64,000 bases of DNA from Fimbriosthenelais zetlandica. Its lineage: Eukaryota. The position numbers and the translations under genes are program-made. Shown in pieces: positions 28,660 to 43,370 of this stretch (position 1 is its first letter; each line of letters opens with the position of its first letter). The notes beneath the pieces are model-generated. The model worked only from the letters and a program-made list of their open reading frames with translations, did no database searches and had not been told where the DNA came from. The stretch is taken from contig OZ365114.1 in NCBI GenBank assembly GCA_977030845.1, positions 14,570,001-14,634,000 of the forward strand, in the 5' to 3' direction.

Positions 28660-28980
28660 TTCTGCCTTGATGGCTGTTGATGGAGGGTGGGAGGCAGAAA
28701 GCCAATGTACAGTTACACCATGTGTCCTCTCCCTGGGACACTGGCTTTTCAAGCCGCAGAATTCTGGTGTTATTTACCAAGAGTAGAAAGGGCTCCTGTG
28801 CTCCCCAGGGAAAAATCTTTCTACTGCAATTTGCTTCAATATGCCATCCACCAAGGCCTATTTGCTAAAACGTTCTCAGGGGCCAAAATGGGGGAGGGCC
28901 ATCCAGAGAAGGCTCAATACTGGATTAGTTTCCCGACAAACTCGTTTTATCATGCAGGAATGTTATATGCTACGTGACTA
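28660..28980 (+). mobile_element. Possible decayed DIRS-type RNase H fragment
   Basis: AVDGGWEA...LGHW (cf. TDASxxGWGA...GxW), then STKAYLLK (cf. TTxAYINK), then W...YHAG in another frame. Confidence 0.25.
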
Positions 28981-29279
28981 GAATTATATTTTTACTAGTC
29001 TAGTTAAATAAGTAACTTGTGAATAAAAACCCCTAGATTAAAATATTATTGCGATCTCATTAATCTTGAATGAAACTAAGCTCTGCACTTGTAACCATTT
29101 GTTCTTTATTTAAATGAACTTAAGAAAGATTCTGACTGTGATGAATATTCTTAACAAAAAATACCATCTGCAACTTCGCGGGTAAAAACCACGCACCTAT
29201 GCACTTAGTAGTTGATGTCTAGAGGAGAATACTGGGCGCTAGTCTTGGAGGGGTCTTGTTTGCCATTTTCAGTTTCAAT

Positions 29280-29480
29280 CAAATGCCTACTTAGAATCCA
29301 ATCAAGAAACACAAGTGGACTATCAATCTTCTAAATGGCGAGATAAAACCTGCCCATCCACTTTGCTGAGTACATTATGAACGCGCCAAAACGAGCACAA
29401 ACTCAGATTCGCATCGATCCCATTGCAATCGGCCAAGTCCTTTTTTCGAAATGGGAATTATAACGTAGGTGAAGGCTGCA
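29280..29480 (-). mobile_element. Decayed LINE RT N-terminal fragment
   Basis: VIIPISKKG (29438-29461), then in another frame LADCN..NLSLC...SKVDGQVLSRHLED and later GF*VG (cf. IIPIxKKGD..CxNYRxISLL..K..L..RL..QxGF). Confidence 0.4.
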
Positions 29481-30689
29481 TGGATAGAACACTGACGTTT
29501 TCTTGTCCTTCGTATAGTACAGTGTCGAGTACTAATGCAAGCAGATAAATTTGACACTGATTCAAGAACAGGACTCCTAGATGGATGACTATGTGCACAT
29601 CTTTGGTTTCTCTTCTCTTTTCCGGGGCCTATTCAGACAAGCTAAGTTTACACTGTCAGGGGACAGGAAACTCAAGCTGGCAGACTAAGTTTCTTTTCCT
29701 GTTTGCTCTTAATACACAGTGAGGATATTTGTCAGACAATTCCTTGATAAGGGGGTAACTTGATCACATCCCATTTCACCAATAAGAAACTTATGCAATT
29801 CAGTGTTGATGACAATATGGATAAAATATCATTTCCTGACTGCCATACACTCATAATGAAGCCGTTGTATTATAGCAACAGTAAGATATATACAACACCA
29901 GGTGTTTCGGGCGAGGTGGACCTACTATGTCCTATAACTGGCTTATCAAAGTCCATCCACTGTCTCTGTCGAGAGGCATACTAAACATTTTGCTGTCAAT
30001 CCTGTCACACTGTAAACCTTGCTGCTGTTGTCATGACACCAATCAACTAACCTAGATTAATATGGAAGTTTAAGACATGTTAAGGCAGCTCCCAGAAATC
30101 TTGGATCAGGAAATTCCTTTTCAGTGTTACTTATCTTTGTGAGGGGTCAGTCTCACCCCAATTAGCCCTGTCATGTGCACACTGACTGTTCTGCCGGAGG
30201 CTAGACGTGTTATAAACAGAAAATTATGGTACCTGGATAAAAGCTGCTGAAAGAAACCATTAGCTTTTAAGTCGGGAGCTACACTATAGCCCCTTCCACT
30301 GACCACTTAGTGGGCACCTATGTAATATAAAGCTAACAACGTTTAGATTAATAAACGTTGGACAAGAAATCAGACTTAGGAAAATCGATGATCAATTGAA
30401 GACTATTTTACCACAAAAGAGCTTTCCAACATATCATTCGCATCGTTTTGAATGACCAACTTCAATAAAAAGTACCTGACTGTTGAGTAGGAGACATATC
30501 AATTAACATTAAATATCTTACAAAAAGCTCATGTTATTGCATGGAAATCATCTGTATCATTCTTAAAGGAACAGCTCTGTCTCGATTCAGAAACAACATA
30601 TAAAGTGAAGTTACTTCAACACTTTATAAGTAAAGTTAAGTATAGAAAGAGTTCAGTGACTTTCAGTGATGCTAATCAGCGTGGTCGTA

Positions 30690-30830
30690 AGACACTCAGG
30701 AGTCACATCTCAGTTTGTCTCTAATTACCAGAGGAGTTGCTGTGATATTAAGGAAAGAACTGAAGCAGATACTATAAAATTACTAAAGATTAGTAAGGCA
30801 AGAGCTGTCACTATGTCAGGCTTGTAAGCC
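30690..30830 (+). mobile_element. Possible decayed LINE AP-endonuclease fragment
   Basis: In-frame QESHL (30697) and RGVAVILRKEL (30730; cf. QETH...RGVAILI.K). The spacer is shorter than usual. Confidence 0.25.
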
Positions 30831-33749
30831 AGAGTATGGTATTAAGCAATTTGATCCAACATACAGCTTAGTGTTCGCAAGGGATCACATCCGAGAGCAT
30901 GAAGGTTATATATCCCCAAAATAAGCTTCATCTCCAGAAGTCTTGCCCAAATAGTGTACTCATCGAATAACAAACACCTCCGAAAGAAACAACAAAAAAA
31001 ACTTATAGGCCTATCATCTGCCTCATCTTCCTTATTACCAAAAATATTCAGATGCTTTTGGCTAACGCCTCGGACTCCATATTCGCATGGTTGCTTTATT
31101 TCAATGACTTTTGAGGTCATTCAGAGAGTAACAGATGATTTGGCGGCATTGTAGCCATCCGTTTCTAAATTAATTCCAACTACGCATCCTTACTGTTTAC
31201 GAATACATGACTCTCCTGGTTGCTGGAGAAGACTTCGCCACAAGTGATGTGTTCAGTGGCAGAGGGTGAGGTTTGGGGTAGTCTCAGGGGGGAGCAGGCC
31301 TTGATCACCACTCTCCTTCAGAAACTGAGGATACCCCAGAGGACATGACCCCTCTCTCAGCTCACTAACACCTCTGTCGCATCACACAGCAACAGATGAT
31401 GTACATGTACAGTGAAGGGGGCCCAGTCCGCTGACAGAGATTCTCCACCCAGGTCATTTCACTGCATATACAATACATTCTCTTGAACCCGAACAACGTT
31501 CCCGAGAAATGTGTTTTTTTTCACAAGAGGAAATACCAGATGAGAAATTTCTACTCAGGGACATGCAATGTAATTATGGGTATATGCGTGTTGAAAGACG
31601 GGAGGAGTTTTTGTGACTTCAACTGTGGTGTTTTTAGAGCAACTACGAACAACATTCTGACTTTAAACTTTTGGATCACAGATTGAATTTATAATTGATG
31701 GATGGATCGACTGTAATAATTATCTGCTTCAAGGTAATCAACAATCCTGGTTCATGATGACACGAAAAACAAGCTTGACTTTCGTTATTAACGTTACATG
31801 CAGAAATTACCGGCCATAAGAAAAAAAAGACTTGCCTTGAGGCAGATGCCAAGAACTTCATATTGACCCCACTTAATGATGCATATTACGGTGCTTCCAA
31901 ATATAATACCCACCCCACATCGCCACATCTGACCGACATAGGATGGCAAGTCTATGTCAGTTTCATGAAAATAACTGATTCTGCAAAGCTTGGATGAAAT
32001 GTGCTATTCACTGGGGACGAGTCAGCACAGGTCAACTTGCTAACTCCATCCACGACTATTACACATACATATTTCACGTACTCGCCTACCTCTTGGCTGT
32101 GTCTGAATATCATTTCCATTCCATTGGCAATCCTCACCATCGACCAGAGTGCACCGTGGCAAATATGGCGTAACCACTACATCTTCTCACATGAATAAAC
32201 CGAAAAGGCAATCAGCATAAAATTTTATTAAACTCGATGGAGTGCCATAAGCAGCGGGAGGGAAAAAGTGTATTCGCTTGCTTTGGGTATTTTCTGCATG
32301 CAGAAATCTTCAGTTTTGATGTTGGCAGATGTCAACTTCTGATCACTGACTGACGGATATTACTCAGGGTGGTTAGGTGTAATGCGGTGAATAATAAGGG
32401 GATGAAAGAGTCTGAAAGTTATTGGTCCTGGTGCATCTCTTCTTTAACTTAAAGATCAATTGTATTTGCATAGCTTTTTCTCCCAGAGCTCAAGGATGCT
32501 GAAACTCAATAGAAAGTTGAACATAGCTGCACCTCAATTACCAGTAGCTTCCTTTGATTATCTAAGGTGGCTTAAAACACCAATGACATGCTCATAGGGT
32601 TCATGAACATCTGCTTTTGAAACGCTTTCTTGCGCGACAATATACTGTGAATGCTACTTCGGACAAAATAACAGTGCAAAGTCCAACAGCTGTAGGAAGG
32701 GGCTTGCCTGGGTATAATGTATGGTCATTATGCTCATTTCCCAACACTTTAATACAATAAATTCATTGGATATCCCCTATAATCACCAATTCATTGGCTA
32801 TAAACATCAGCTCTGTGATTCTGATGAATAATTCATTCGGGAAATAATGTTTATGGGGAGTATATCCTATCACCCCCGTTAAATATTCAAAAGGGTGTGA
32901 TTGCTACATAGATTTTGTCTTGTGGTATTATAACACAGGAGTTTTTTTTGTTACTCACGTTTGCATGTCCTCTCCTCTCCATAGTAGCCGTAAGCACACT
33001 GGCATACATAGGACCCTATGGTGTTCCTGCAGGTGGCGGTTGACGGGCATTTGTGGGTGTTGCGGGCACATTCGTCAATGTCTGAAATATAGCACAACAT
33101 GCAGAATCAGCAAATCTATATCATCAACTATGTTTACAAGCAATACATATAAAGCACAAACACTAGGACAGTTATACTAGAGTATAAAAATATATGATGG
33201 ATTATGGAATGTTATCCAATGAGAATTTCGCCATAGGAATGGAACCAACTGGTCCAAGAGGATTTCATTTAACTGTGCCTATAATATTTTTTAATATTGA
33301 TTTGATTCTAATACTGGCTTGAATTTTACCAGTTTCTTTTTTCAACTATCGCTAGTGATCCATCATAATTTTTAACTGCTCCATAACAATCGGTCATCAT
33401 AGCACAAGATAAAGATTCTTTCAAATTCTGCATCCAAAGGCAGTGAACGATGCTTTCACAATATGCCTTGCCCAATAATAGTTACACTAGTCCATATAGA
33501 TCTTTGTACAACATCGCACCTGTGTTTCCTTCGACTTATATATCTTTATGATATCATTATGATACAGATCTATTCTAAGCCAGATTATTGGATTTGGCTT
33601 GTGTCATACTGGTACAAACCTTCGAAAGTTTACTCAACTCAGACCTACATATATACCTCCATTTACTTAACAACCTTGTTTGTATGTGGATTATTCCACC
33701 ACTGCATAAGTTTCATCATTAAACTATTGGTGGAATTATTGTTATCAAT

Positions 33750-35590
33750 CTCAATACAGCAATTTTGCCGAATGATAGATGGCAGCTGGTAGACATGGAC
33801 ACTAAGTGGTGGTAATGCTTCCATAGTTTGTGCTAAACAAATAGCTGGGTCACTGCTAGCCTGATGGCATAGTCTCATTACGCTGACACAGAGGGAACTG
33901 TCGTTCATTAAGCAGATGACAGAATTATGAAGATGTATTGTTCCGACAAAAGTCAAGGCGGCAGAGGGAATGGTTGAGATTTTTAATACGAGAGCACTAT
34001 GCATTATCTTGATTCATAGGCAATAATGCAAATACCAGAACAACAGCTTGCTCACACGGTATATTTTATGTATAAAGAGTGGGGAATCTGGGATCTATTA
34101 ATCACTTAGCCTAATCTGGGGTTATTCCCATCATTTCAAGGTTACATATCAGAGAGATAATGATCATTATCTCTTTCAGACAGTCCATCATCATTCTCTC
34201 AAATATGAATCATTACCATCTCCAAACATGAAGTCAATTTTGAAGAACGTATTTTTGCCCCGGACTCCAAACTACCTTCCAGCGAAATATGAAAACTAAC
34301 CATTTACTTAAAGGGGGATTCAGGGTTTGGTCTAGACTGTCAAGGACATGACTATAGATCATGATGGCGATGCAGAATCTTCAGGCTTCAGGAAATTTCT
34401 CAATGTGACAAGGAAGCATAATGGGAAATGCTTATCCAAGCAAAGTGAACTCATTGATTATTCTGCATTCATACACCCATATTCCAAGCCCACAGCTCAG
34501 ATGAACTTTGACCCGATCTTAATCTATTTTATGTAAGATTAACTCGTTCCTTCTTGATCCAGCATAAAATGTTTGACCCTAGCAAGTCAATTTCCCTCAT
34601 GCCTGCCAGAGAACCCCTCTTAAGTTAAGGGAAAAACCCGAATATAAATGACCTTTGGGACGAATTGCATGACCCCAGGGTGGAGAGTGTCTATCTTGGG
34701 TTGGCTAGCAGGTCCTCAGGGAAGAAGGCTTTCCTTATTTCCCACCAGTAGTAGTAAGGATCATGTATATTTCATGTCCTGCTGATAGGAAAGGGATGGG
34801 GAGGCATTCCTTTAAATGCCATATAGCCCCATCAAGACCTGCTTCCAGCCAGGCCTCTTTATTTTCTATACACTGTGGCCACCGTTGCTATCTTATTAAC
34901 GGAAGCCCTGCCAGGCTTTCTGGGGCCAATCTCCTGGAAAATCCAATGATAAGAATTGATCTTAGCCGAAGACAAGTCGTCCACTTTGTTTCTCCCGTGA
35001 CGCACTTTGGGTAATGGATCTGAGGTGGGAAATCCAAGGAACCCGAAGGTCTGCTGCGGCTGAGGGGACATACGGGTTAAAATCACCCTTAATGTTTCCT
35101 CATCATGTGATAGGAAAACCAACTACTGAAGCATGGAGTGAAGTTGCCTTGATGGGGCTGACTCACATGCCCCCATCATAGGCCTTCACATTCAATATGG
35201 ACTTGCTTAGCCCGAAAATCAAATTATCTGAATTCCCATGGAAATGGCTTTGTACGCTGATTTTAAAAACTAAAACTAAAAAACTAAAACTAAAAATAGG
35301 AGTAGCTCAATCTGGATCAAACATTTGTCGGTTTGATCCATCCTTCCTTGTAGATATAATCAGGATGAAGCCGTGATACGGTCAGTGCTATCGATCAGAG
35401 ATAGAGATCGAAGATGCAGATCTGCACCGGCAAAACATATTCATTACCATGGCACCTGCAAGACGATCCATGCGATCTGCACTGTCACTGCGATGTGTGA
35501 AGCCTGAACAGGAAATATAGGCTTCCATGTGATCACAGCGATATGCACAAAATGTTATTATGGCATCTATCTTATCGGGATTCACCCAGT
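33750..35590 (-). mobile_element. Decayed Ty3/Gypsy LTR-retrotransposon pol (RT thumb - RNase H - integrase)
   Basis: Minus-strand motifs appear in canonical order and spacing. NPDKIDAII (~35585) matches RT thumb PDPxKxxAI. KVRHGRNKVDDLSS (~35000) matches RNase H end HxxGxxNxVADxLSR. HIEKFPEA*RFC (~34400) matches integrase CxxC. PNPESPFK*MVSF...GQKYVL (~34330-34240) matches integrase PxPxxPF..DF..G.KYIL. Many stops and frameshifts; by-eye match. Confidence 0.6.
35265..35296. repeat. (AAAACT)n A-rich repeat
   Basis: AAAAACTAAAACTAAAAAACTAAAACTAAAAA, lying inside the Gypsy remnant. Confidence 0.75.
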
Positions 35591-38500
35591 TCCCCTTTCC
35601 ATTCCACGGCTCAAACCTGACCAGTCAGCATAACACGATTATTTTTGGTGTCTAACAACGTAATGTTGTTCACATGATTCATCCCCTCCCCGCTAGGTCT
35701 GCTGAACAAGAATCTAAATAAAAATCTGACCGATAAGGTGTCATAAATATTTGGGATCTACTATCATGGTGTCAGAGCTTCTAATGGATATTCTGTCTGG
35801 AATGTAACAATTTTCTGATGGGTGGGGATTTAAACTTCAGCTTGCACCCGTAACAGGATAGGGTGAGTAAATACCTGCTATAGAATTTATGATTCTATAA
35901 ATATAACGTCACCTTTTTACGACTCACTTTTAACGGATAAGGTGTTATTACTAGCCTTGTTCTATACTGTGACATATCATTTTGATACACTAGAATGATA
36001 ATCATGATTGGTTCCGGCTATGTCTTGTGACGCTCTGGGCAGAAAATGGTGGTAAACAACCTTCACTTGTAGACTATTTTTCATACACAGAGCATGAAAG
36101 TTATTCTTAAAGCGATCCATTTCCAGGATATGAATATCAAAAGAACAGAAGATGCCATGATGTCCTCCAATGGTGCATCTACACACATTTTGAGGAGTAC
36201 ATTTTGAGGGAGTAAAGTCAGGTTTGAACCTATGATCTTTGTGCTCTGAATCTTGACCAGTATATCGATCACTGTATGAAATACTTTTACTAAGTTACAA
36301 GTACATTTCTGGTGATGAGGTTTTAGGTGTTACAACACTAGAAGTCCTTAAGGATTCCAGTAGCAGTAGAATTATTCCCCTGCCCACCTTTCTTTCAGTT
36401 CTCATCTACGCTACATATTCAAAGCCAGAAGCTGAAGGCAACTCCGCTACATGACCCGCCTCTGCCAATGCATCCCATTCCATTTGGATCTGCCCCCAGA
36501 TCTTTAGGAATATAGATAGCAAACCATGGCCCACTGGACCCAGCCCGACTCCGTGCCTTCACTGAGTGAATGTGCCTGGAGATTCCGATCGACAGTTGTT
36601 CAGACCGATCAGATGCAGAGTCTATTTCTGTGATTCCCTCTCCTGGGCTGGGGGAATAAGCGCGAGGGTCAGGACTTTCCAACAGGACCCAGGCATACAG
36701 CCCAGGGCAATAGGATGCCTTCGCCATGTGTGGGGCATTGAGCCTGGGTAGCACCTCTTTTTATCTATCACCAGAGAATAGTTGTGAATAAAAGTCATCT
36801 TCGGATCATTTTGGGTGTAGTTGTAGTGGGCTTTCCTTATCTCTAAGCTGAGATTGGTCGTCAAATAACCTGCCTCCATGCTGCTGCTTAATGGAAAATT
36901 CCCTTTCAGAGCGAGAGACACAAACCTATACCTTCTTATTCCACTGAATGTCATTCGGTGCATGAGACTATATTATTTTCCAAGTTACTATTCTGAAGTA
37001 ACACCTGCGTTAATTAAAAGGCATTCTATAAGTGTGGCTGTTTATTGTGTTGGGAGGTGTTATATGTCTATGCACAAATTAAAGCTCTCTTCCCGATAAA
37101 GAATAATGGCAAGTGTGAAATGAAACTATATCCTAATGAAGAAACCCCAGTTGGAATGAAGCAGCGGGGTTTGTTTTAATCAAGTAGTTTTGCATGCTTA
37201 ATGCTTTTAAACAAGTCACGAAAGCCATTCCGAGCTCTGCAGAGAGATTCTACGTTCATCCATTATTACGATTTCTGCTACCTTAAACCCATTGTATCAC
37301 TATGGCACACAAGCATGAAAGAGCCGTGCTGAATGCCTCGCAAGATATTTTGGACAAAAATGCCCCAAGCCAATTAAATATTGATTGCAGCTCGTGTAAT
37401 TGTAAAACACCAAGTGAGGTCTTTATTATGAAGCACGCTCACCATCCGCCTATGATCTGGATTGAATTATTTAATACTCATGGAAGGTGCCGATGACAAA
37501 TGTGTGGAAGAGGAGGCCAACTATGACAATTCATATAAGAATCCTATGCTCGAGCCGAAATCCACTAAAGAATGTCATTGAAATGTAATGCTGGCATTTT
37601 CTATGCACAGCCTCAGCCTCATGCCATTAGAAGGGCACTCGCGAAGTTAACACTCCAATTTATTTTTCTAATATAAGCAACATACAGCCTGTGGTAGATT
37701 GCCACACCAAAATCCTAAGGGTCTGATAACTAAAAGGGCCCTTTGCCATACCATTACATCCTTATTATATGCCTTGTTGAGCCCTGGCTCTTTCATACCA
37801 ATACTCCTCCGTTTTTGCCCTAATAGCTGTCTGGCCTCCGTTTTCGTTTTACACACGCTTGCAGACCTGCATAATTCGCCTTTTACATCCACCAGCCACA
37901 AGATGCGAGCCAATTTCCCTACACGAGACCTTCCAGTTCCGCTCTTGGAATTCCCTGTTTTGATTCCTCAACCACCAATGCTTTGCAGAGATTCGGTGTT
38001 CAATAGGACCTGATAGGAGCCCACCTGCACCTGATAATGCAACGGATGACCTCAGATGTCACGCGAGTTAAAGGATGCCTCCTCAAACAGAATGGGGGTC
38101 ATTTATACAGGAGGTGCCCCTGAATAAACCTACCATGATGTATGGATAGGAAACATTTTACTGCTATCCAGGCCAATCACCAGAGCCTAAAGGCAGCAGT
38201 TGGCAGTTTTTGACACTTATATTGATGCTTTCGATAGTGCTTCGATCTGCAATGCCGAATAGAAAGACATCACAAAGAGCCATATGATACTGCTGCCTTG
38301 CTATGCCACTTGATTACCATAGTGCCAACTGGCTGGATAATTTGCCGGCAAATTGTGGTTGGATTAATTACAGAGCCAGTTGAGATTCCTGGCGAGGATG
38401 GCATACAATGATACTCAGCCTATAGATAATCGACTGTAATACAGAGACAGGGGAAGCAGCCATCTACAGAGTAACCACCCCTCCCAGCTTCCAGGTCGAT

Positions 38501-39799
38501 TCCGGTCTTGGATGCATTGTTCTCATGAAAATGATTTTCAAATCTAATCGGCAACTTCACTTTTCCAGATATTTTGGCCCATAATGGATTCACTTGTTTG
38601 TCCTCTCACTTTTTTCTCTGATATTTATTCTCACTTCTGCCGGATGAACTAAATGTAGTTCCCTTCCATAAGTGGAGTTGCTCCCATGAGATGATGCAAA
38701 TAAAAACAACAGTTACTTTGCAAAAATGCTTTGAAAATTCTGAATGAACCTTTCACAAAATTTTAACAGATAAAATAACAAAAAGACATTACATCAATCA
38801 GTGGCTTTTGTATTGAGGCACACTGAACATACTGACAACTATCACTTATTCAGAAGAACGACATCAAAGGCCCCTTTTATTGTAGTCCATCCCCTTTAGC
38901 ACACATCTAGATAGCTTTCCAGTCTTTCTTTCCTTTCGATAATGTTTTCCACCCCAATGGGAACAGGACACTGTGAACTATATTTCAGGGATCTCTTGGA
39001 TCGTTGATAGTTTTCTCAAGGCATCCGACCCAACCCTCAGAGAGGTGAACACCCGAAGGAGCACCTTTTATAAACAGGGAAGTCTATTCCCCAGCCGTTT
39101 CCATAACAACCAATGGCTTTCTCCAGCCTTCCTGTGACAGATTTTTCTTGTGTTGATCGCTGCTTAGACCATGGAAGGTATTGCAGGGAAGACTTCACAA
39201 AGCCCTGCCGTTTACATAAACCTTCCACCTAGATTACTCTGATGACCTATCCTGATATAGTGGTATAAAAGCATCCAAAATAATCCCCACACTGAGGACA
39301 CTTCTACCTCCCACCCAAAATCTGGCCAGAGCTCCTTCGGAAAATGTCTAACACGAATGGAGTGCCCTCAGTGGAAAACAATGAAGACCCATAGAATTGA
39401 TTGCAAGATTGATTGGAAATGACATGGTGTATTCTTCTGTCGGTCCCGATGGCTAATCATAGTCAATGACATTGGGTACTAGGTAGAAGTTACAATGTAA
39501 AGCAATAAATATCCCCTCACGGTCCTCCTCGCCACGGGTGATCATAATCTCCAAGGTCCCTCCAGGGTCCTCCTCGCGAACGTGTTGCGTTCCTCAAAAG
39601 GATTTATCCTTGGGAATACTCAGTGTATTAAGGATTATGCCCAGGAGGAGTGTGGAAAACAGCCCATGTTATCCTGGAGAAGGACTGCTGGAGGATATTA
39701 GATACATTATTATGCATTAGCCATTTGCAGGAGGGGAGGGATTTCCACCACTCATTTTACAGCTCGATACTCGATAGATACTTTCATGAAATCACCGGA

Positions 39800-40300
39800 A
39801 AGGCTCATTCGCAACTGAATAATTCAGTGGAAATTTTTTAGATGGATGTTGGGTAAGGCCTTGTTATTGTGAACCCACGACGAGGGAAGGAAAGTATTCT
39901 ATGAGGGAATGATGAGAATGATGCCATATGTCACATGAAACAAACCCATCACAACTGTTTAAATCAATATCAATAAAGAATCTTATATTATATGCCTAAT
40001 AAAATGGCTTGTATTTTCATTGTAAATGCTCTATTTAAACGCCTATATTGCTTGGACAAAAAGGACAAGAGATTAATGGAAAGAGATTAAAATGAAACTC
40101 ATCACATGCCATTAGCTTCAGATGTGGGATTGGTTCAATCTACGAATACATTGCAACAAATCTGGTATGAGATTGAGGGAAAACGTTCACTATGGTTGTG
40201 AAATCTGTTGAATACCTTGGGACCACTCTAAGAATCCACCCTGAAGAAAAGGATTCAACTGTCAAGCTCCAGAACACTCATGGATATATTGGAGAGAGGG
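39800..40300 (+). mobile_element. Decayed LINE RT fragment
   Basis: DVG*G (39845; cf. GVxQG) ... DVGLVQ..EIEGK ... VVKSVEYLGTTL (40195-40230; cf. VxxFxYLG). Confidence 0.4.
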
Positions 40301-40399
40301 CTTGGAGAGAGAACACCATATTTCTGCAGCAACACCCGTTACAGCTAAGGCATAACAAAGTATTGCTATTTGTATGATTATAACTTCACCTTAATAATA

Positions 40400-40800
40400 T
40401 GGTGATTGGTCGCAAATTGCATTTCCAACGGAAGCCTCAATTATTTCTGTTAACTCTGTTCTCACCCATTTGAAATTTATAAGAATGGAAGGTGCCATTT
40501 GATATTTCCAATGTCCCAAGAAATCTTCACGCCTTCAAGTATGATGTATTCATGAATATTGTATATCAATATTGAAACCTTTATATGAAAGTCATTGTTA
40601 AATGAAAGAAAACCTATCTGCTGTATCCCCTTCGGGCGTCATCATCTAATATCCGATTCGGTCGACTTCTGCAATGCCATCCACATATGGACAGGGGCTA
40701 TTGCATTTCTTTAAGAAGGGCGTTAATAATAATGCTCATAAAAAAGGGATTTGACATGTCACCTTGTCCCTCGAAGGAGGTCATCCTCCACTTGATGACA
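40400..40800 (-). mobile_element. Decayed LINE RT fragment, opposite orientation
   Basis: GQGDMSNPFFMSIIINALLKEM (40704-40769), ILDDDA (~40645) and GFNID (~40570) at RT-like spacing. Confidence 0.3.
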
Positions 40801-43330
40801 CAGGGCAATGTCTACATGCAAGTCCTGTCCCAACTTCAAAGCCCCCACACAGCCAACCCCCCATCACAAAGGTCGGGGCATTTGAACCTCTTTGACCCTG
40901 CCTACCCTCATCGAAAGGGTCAGAATGCCCCCACATGGTTTGATATTACTTAATCAATAGATACAATCAGCCGGCGATTGGCAGTGGGAATTTGTGATGG
41001 CCTCATGGGAGGTCGTTCATTGCCGCTTTTTTTATTTGACAGGAAAGTCATTCAAACTGAGCACGCAAGCAGCCACTCAAGCACGTTGCATGAGGCTAAG
41101 CAAAGCTTTGCTGTCTCTGCCAGATGATGCCTTAAAGCAGGGCGGAACACAAGAACTCCACTTTAAGGCCTAAGGGAACAAACTTGCTGATGTATACACA
41201 AGCAGAACTGCTGAAGGCTAGCTAAAAATGTGCCTCTGTCAATGTATAAGGTTGGCAATTCTATTCACTGGCTCACGAAGAGCTTTCTCAGACTTCAAAT
41301 GTATTTCTGCTAAGCTTTTTGAAGGTCTTTTATCATTGCAAGTCTTACTCATATAGAAAACTCCACCGGATCATCAACTTAAGAGTTAATTTGGATTCCA
41401 GTCTACCTAAAAATTGTTACATTCTACGAGGTATAGGCCAGTACAGTTTATATACTAAATTCAGGTTTCAGAGAGGCAGATTTTGGACATTTTAAAATCC
41501 AAAAGGATCTCAATAATCCCAATAATGAAATTGAACGTACATAGAATATTGGCAGATATAAATATATATACATGAGGCCATATTATTTTTCCGTTTGCTC
41601 GACCTCTGCACACGCACAATGCTTATCACAGAGAACGTCCCAATGAATTTGGATTTCCCTTCTGGCAGACTATACATCCGTCTCTTTCGGCTGTGTGGCC
41701 ACTGCTCGCCTGGCTGGTGATCTATCGGAGTGGTCAAGCGGTGTGGGAAGGCCCTGGTCTGTTTTAATCTACTGTCCCCTTGATGCATTGTTAGGGACTG
41801 AAACATAGATAGGACCTAGATCCACAGTCCTGCCTTTAGACTGAGCTTGCTAGGGAGTCTGTTAGGTACCACAGCAATGAGCTGCATACTATAACATATA
41901 TTTAGGCACAGGATATATGGGTGTATATCTAGGTGTCTAAATTGCACTGAGTGAAACCTTAGCCTCTTTTAAAAACAAAGTGAAGACTTTTTGCTTGTGC
42001 AACACTATGACTGTCTAATCACCTACTGAACATTTAGAACTGTTCTTTCAGTTTTTCCCTAAAGCTAATGCATTTAAATAGCTTTTTGGAGCATGTAGCC
42101 ATGGACCAAAACTTTATAAAATACAATTCTTCAGTGCTTTATTCTCTAATGAGTATGTCTTAGAATGTGGATTTTCAAAGTCCATCTCCATTTTTTTCTA
42201 AATATTGGTGAATATAAGTATGTCCTTTACATGGCAATGTGATCTGATAATTGGATAGGGAAGGGCTTGGATTGGATCTGGTACAAGGAAAACTACATAA
42301 ACGATAGACATATATGATAGGTAAATGATGGGGGGAAATCTCGCCTTCTTAGTTTTCCAACCATAGAGTATTCACGGCGCATAATAAAATGGCATTAAAA
42401 GCAGTCCTCCTGAGTGTAACTTGATGCCCACAGTGACCTTCTCCAGGTTTTTGTGCACAAGGAGAGATTGAAGTAGCCCGAGATCCATATTGCAATATTT
42501 GTAGCTTTACATTGCTGAAATGCCAAGCTAAAGTTGGCCCTCAGGCGATTCATCAAACTAGATAGGTCGGTGGGGGAAACTGAAGGTTGTGTCATTCTGA
42601 TTCAGAGATGTAAAACAAGCTGTAATACTATTGTTCTTCTCAGGCAAATAATTTATTATTCCCCAAAGAATCCCATTTAACAATGAGGTCTCGGGGTAGA
42701 GACGTTAGATCTGACGTACATTTTGATTAACTACTTATTTTATTATATGTATAGGCCTAACAATGCCAGTTATACTTCAGCGCATGTAAAATATCTTAAG
42801 ACTTTCTTAATGCACAGTCTACTCCAGTACTTCAAACCTTACATTAGTACTACCCTGGTTCGAGTGCATTGTTTCGGTGCTGGTCTCAGTAGTACGGTCA
42901 TTTCTACCAGAGGACCGTTTTTCACATACACTTCTGGTCAACAAGAGACACAAACCTAATTATGTAGGTGAAGACAGGAGGTGGACTACGTGTGTGTGAC
43001 ATGACTCGTGTTGTTTTCATGGTGCTAATGCTAGTACAGTTCGTGCTGACCATTGTCAGGCGTACATTAACCACATTGTCAATGTGAGAGGAGAGTCAAT
43101 GCTCGCCGCCAGTTGAGCATGATCCTCCAGGGTCTTGTGTCCGAGCCTAGTGCTCGGGTTAGTGACGCCTGAGATCTGACCTTCAAGTTAATTTGATGTA
43201 GGAGAGAGAGACATGGGTGGATGTCCATTTTAATCCTTGTAGATCAGGCATGTGTTAAGAAATGAAATGGACGTTTGGACTTCGCAAAGTCGTCCATTCA
43301 ACCCTGAGGATTTTGTCCCAGAAACTGGCG

Positions 43331-43370
43331 TTAGATTGTGAAAACTATGAGACTGCCATCTGAGAAGACG
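43331..43370 (+). repeat. Left copy of perfect 40-bp direct repeat flanking the array cassette
   Basis: TTAGATTGTGAAAACTATGAGACTGCCATCTGAGAAGACG is identical (40/40) to 43816-43855; the bases on either side differ between the two copies. Confidence 0.96.

Noticed and set aside
36560-36760. RNase H remnant (VYFCD...RHVWG)
   Set aside because: Only two short motif resemblances; not distinguishable from chance by eye.
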